Assembly: GCA_963675595.2 (NCBI GenBank)
Contig: CAXXLZ010000001.1
Location: forward strand, 896,001-960,000
Direction: 5' to 3'
Source of the DNA: Thermodesulfobacteriota bacterium
GTDB taxonomy: Bacteria; Desulfobacterota; Desulfarculia; JACQYL01
DNA: 64,000 nt
Shown here piece by piece: positions 61,243 through 64,000 of the stretch. The translations under genes and the position numbers were made by a program. How positions within the stretch are numbered: the stretch's first letter is position 1; each line of letters starts with the position of its first letter. The notes under the pieces are model-generated. The model saw only the letters and a program-made list of their open reading frames with translations, did no database searches and was not told the origin of the DNA.

Positions 61243-63138
61243 TCAAATTTCCAAGGCGAAAACAGGCGGCGTGTTTTCCTTTTGTAAGCGTCTGAGTACG
61301 CCCAAGGCCGTGTGAATCTCTTCAACCCCGGCCGCCTCGAAGACTTCGTTCAATTGCTTTTCCAATCCGTCCATCTGCAGGCTGAGTTCCCGCAGTTGCC
61401 TGCGCGTTTTCAGGTAGGATTCCACCAGTTGATGAAAGCGTATGGAATCCAGGCCTCTTCCCGCTCCAGTCGAGGTCTTGACCGGCTCCAATTCGCGCAT
61501 ATGGTTCAAAGGGCTGGGGTAGAGGTTCAACAAGGGATCAAAGGAGCAATTGCAGGACGTTGCAGCGGTGATGTGCGGGATCCGCATCCGGATTTTGGGA
61601 CAACTGATGGGATTTCCTCTTAATCGGGACTTCATGAATAAGCTGGGATCACTCACGGCGCAACGCTCGAGAAGCCCGTTCACGGCTTCGGGCCCTTGCT
61701 CGAGGTGTCCCACGGAATGCATCAGCACCATGGCTTCGTCATGGGTGAGGGAGGCTTCCCGGTTCACCCTTTCGACAATGGTCTTGAGCACCGGGCACTT
61801 GAGCAGGAGAAACTGCAAGCGCGGATCACGGTCCGGATCGTAAGGCGGTTCCGCGACGGCCGGGGCTCTATAGCCGTCCGATTCTTCCCAGGGCGGCGGC
61901 TCTTCCCTTTCCGGAGGTGAAGGCGGGGCGGCCCTGACGGACGAAGCGTTCGCGCGCTGGATGAGGGCATATACGCAGCGTCGCTCCGTCTTCATGATGG
62001 TTTCCAGAAAGTCGAGCTGTTGGGTCTGCGGCGCACCGGAAGGCTCCAAGAAAATGCTTCTGCGTCCCGTCTTCTTGTGTATGCCCAAAGGCAGCTTGAT
62101 GAGGTTTCCGAGACCACCCGGTGCCACGCGGGATTGCTTGGGAAACACTTCCACCGTGACTTCGGGGGGCAGGGCGCCGGTTCTGGAAAGCAGCACATGG
62201 CCGCACTTTCTCGCCACTCCGGCCGGGATCGGCGTTTCGAGAAATATCCAGGCGTGACGACCCTTGAAGCCCGAGTCTTCGATGTACACCGGAAGGTCCT
62301 CTGAGGCGCCCGCATCCACGAGCTTGCAGGCGGTCTGATGCACCCGGCTCATGACACTGTCCCATGCCGATTTGCTGTTGATGGTCTTGCGCACGACAGG
62401 CTTGGCGATGTCCACATCAAAAGCGATGAAGTTTACCGTCTGATCCAGTCGCAAGGGGTAGGCGCCCGCCGTGAGGTTGCCCAAGACGTGTTGTTCGGCC
62501 ACTTTGAGGGTGAAAGGCTCGTGCACGGGAGTATACCCCGATTCGCCCGTGGGACTCGCCCACTGCCGAGCATAAACGCCCTCCCGGCCGGAAAAGAGGG
62601 CCAGGAATGTCACCAGGTGGTGGGAAGCCGGGACGAGGACTTCGGTTCCGTCGGCGCTCGCAGGTTCCTCGGTGTCCTTCGACAGGAAATCCAGTTCCTT
62701 GAGTAGGCTTTTTAGGCCTTCGTCTCCGGTTTGTTCGATGCCCCGCGTGTAGATTTCTCCCGCTTTTCCGTATTCACCGGTCTCTTCAAGCAGCTGCCCC
62801 AGAGCTTGATAAGCGTCGGCATCCTGTGGAAAAAGGTCCACCAGTTTTCCACGGTAATGGCAGGCTTTTTCCATTTGCCCCTGATCCAGGTGAATTTCAG
62901 CCAAGCGACCAATGATGTTCGCATCGTCGGGCTGATCACGCAACGCCAGGTTCAGCTCAAGGATCACCTGATCCATCAGACCCAGCTCTTCCAAAGCGTC
63001 GGCCCAACGGACGTGGACGGCAAAGTCCCGCATGTCCATGGTGTTGCGCGCATGGGCCGCGGCTTCGGCTTCCGCCGTCCTGCCTGAAGCCGCCAGACTC
63101 CGGATTTCGTCGATGTCGCGAATGATGGAATCCGTCAC
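61243..63138 (-). CDS. CRISPR-associated primase-polymerase (CAPP): TPR + AEP + Cys-rich C-terminal domain
   Basis: N-terminal TPRs; FSGREGVYARQW; AEP motifs FDVD, SGFKGRH and GNLIKLPLG; C-terminal CPVL, SCPKI and CNC. Confidence 0.88.
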   Translation of the reverse strand: MTDSIIRDIDEIRSLAASGRTAEAEAAAHARNTMDMRDFAVHVRWADALEELGLMDQVILELNLALRDQPDDANIIGRLAEIHLDQGQMEKACHYRGKLVDLFPQDADAYQALGQLLEETGEYGKAGEIYTRGIEQTGDEGLKSLLKELDFLSKDTEEPASADGTEVLVPASHHLVTFLALFSGREGVYARQWASPTGESGYTPVHEPFTLKVAEQHVLGNLTAGAYPLRLDQTVNFIAFDVDIAKPVVRKTINSKSAWDSVMSRVHQTACKLVDAGASEDLPVYIEDSGFKGRHAWIFLETPIPAGVARKCGHVLLSRTGALPPEVTVEVFPKQSRVAPGGLGNLIKLPLGIHKKTGRRSIFLEPSGAPQTQQLDFLETIMKTERRCVYALIQRANASSVRAAPPSPPEREEPPPWEESDGYRAPAVAEPPYDPDRDPRLQFLLLKCPVLKTIVERVNREASLTHDEAMVLMHSVGHLEQGPEAVNGLLERCAVSDPSLFMKSRLRGNPISCPKIRMRIPHITAATSCNCSFDPLLNLYPSPLNHMRELEPVKTSTGAGRGLDSIRFHQLVESYLKTRRQLRELSLQMDGLEKQLNEVFEAAGVEEIHTALGVLRRLQKENTPPVFALEI

Positions 63139-64000
63139 GGTAACCTCGGAAATTCTATCACCGGATGGATGCCGGTGAACTCGGTTACGGTGTCGAGGAA
63201 ACTTCTTGCCTGAGATTCCCCAATCGGCTGGATTCCGTGGGCCAGGAACGAATGGTTTCGAATGTCCGTCACGGCCCGCATCCTGTCCCGCATGGTCTCA
63301 AACCGCAGGCCGATGGGATTCCCGGTCTCGGCGAGAAAACGAAAGGTGGAAAACAAGGGGAGCTGAAGTTTGTTCTTGCCTGAATCGAAGTGCTTGCTCG
63401 AATATTCATCGCGAATGCTTTCCGGCACTTGCTCCAAAGGCACGTCCGAAGTGGTATGGCCGGTTTGCCCTAAAAAGGCGTCCTGTCCGTACATTTCCAG
63501 GGCTCTATAGATTCGGGCCGCGGCGTCTTCGAATTGCCGGTCCTCGATGCGCCTTTGGGCATTAGCCAACAGGTCCTCCACCAAAATGACGTGCACCTGA
63601 TTGAGGCCCCTGGTCCGGTTGAGGAGTTGACTCAGGAAATCCGCGTTGTGCTCCACCATGGCCTTCACCGCGTCGAGGTCTTCGTGATACTCCAGTTCAA
63701 GATGCTCTCGCAGCTTACGGGAACCCTCCTTGATGCATTCGGCGGCCTTCTTGTATTCGAATCGTTCCCATAGGGCGTATCCTTCGGACAACAGCGTCAA
63801 CCAGGAAAAGAAGGATCGAATTTTGTGCGGCATCTGATTGATGCGGTCGAAGGAACCGAGCAGTTCCTTCACCGCGGCGAATCGGCGTTCGTTGAACAAT
63901 ATGGCGGCGTTCCGACGTTCCTCTTCGGCAAAAGCGGCCCAGGGGCTGATGTTGGTCATCATGATTTCACTGCCCGATTGGACGATTCCAAGACCCTGCT
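63135..64000 (-). CDS. TIGR02710-family CRISPR-associated CARF/HEPN protein (5' end outside window)
   Basis: GLGIVQSGSE, GYALWERF, DLLANAQRR, ARIYRALE, HEPN-like RNHSFLAHG; frame open to the window edge. Confidence 0.82.
   Translation of the reverse strand, partial: QGLGIVQSGSEIMMTNISPWAAFAEEERRNAAILFNERRFAAVKELLGSFDRINQMPHKIRSFFSWLTLLSEGYALWERFEYKKAAECIKEGSRKLREHLELEYHEDLDAVKAMVEHNADFLSQLLNRTRGLNQVHVILVEDLLANAQRRIEDRQFEDAAARIYRALEMYGQDAFLGQTGHTTSDVPLEQVPESIRDEYSSKHFDSGKNKLQLPLFSTFRFLAETGNPIGLRFETMRDRMRAVTDIRNHSFLAHGIQPIGESQARSFLDTVTEFTGIHPVIEFPRLP

Overview
Window from a GC-rich anaerobic bacterium; gene content suggests a Desulfobacterota/Syntrophobacterales-like organism (inference). Left end: a type I restriction-modification locus (hsdR-hsdM-rhuM, running off the window). 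Centre (about 8-45 kb): a large acyl-CoA catabolic region. It holds a four-subunit 2-oxoacid:ferredoxin oxidoreductase, enoyl-CoA hydratases, an acyl-CoA ligase, a variant HMG-CoA-lyase-like enzyme, a thiolase, twin TetR regulators flanking a molybdopterin oxidoreductase, and a partial Na+-pumping decarboxylase. It also holds a TDP enzyme / B12 acyl-CoA mutase / MeaB / SDR cluster resembling the Desulfococcus biacutus acetone-activation genes, whose long leader carries a tandem repeat. Next come an orphan B12-radical-SAM + YcaO pair around an ADP-forming acyl-CoA ligase, then housekeeping and stress genes. Right end: a UDG-fold protein, a VPLPA-CTERM protein, an 11-repeat CRISPR array, and cas2-cas1-CAPP (primase-polymerase)-TIGR02710 CARF/HEPN from a probable type III CRISPR-Cas locus that continues beyond the window. 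Three spacers hit the same position of homologous genes in related invaders. All family assignments come from motif recognition and recall; no database search was run.
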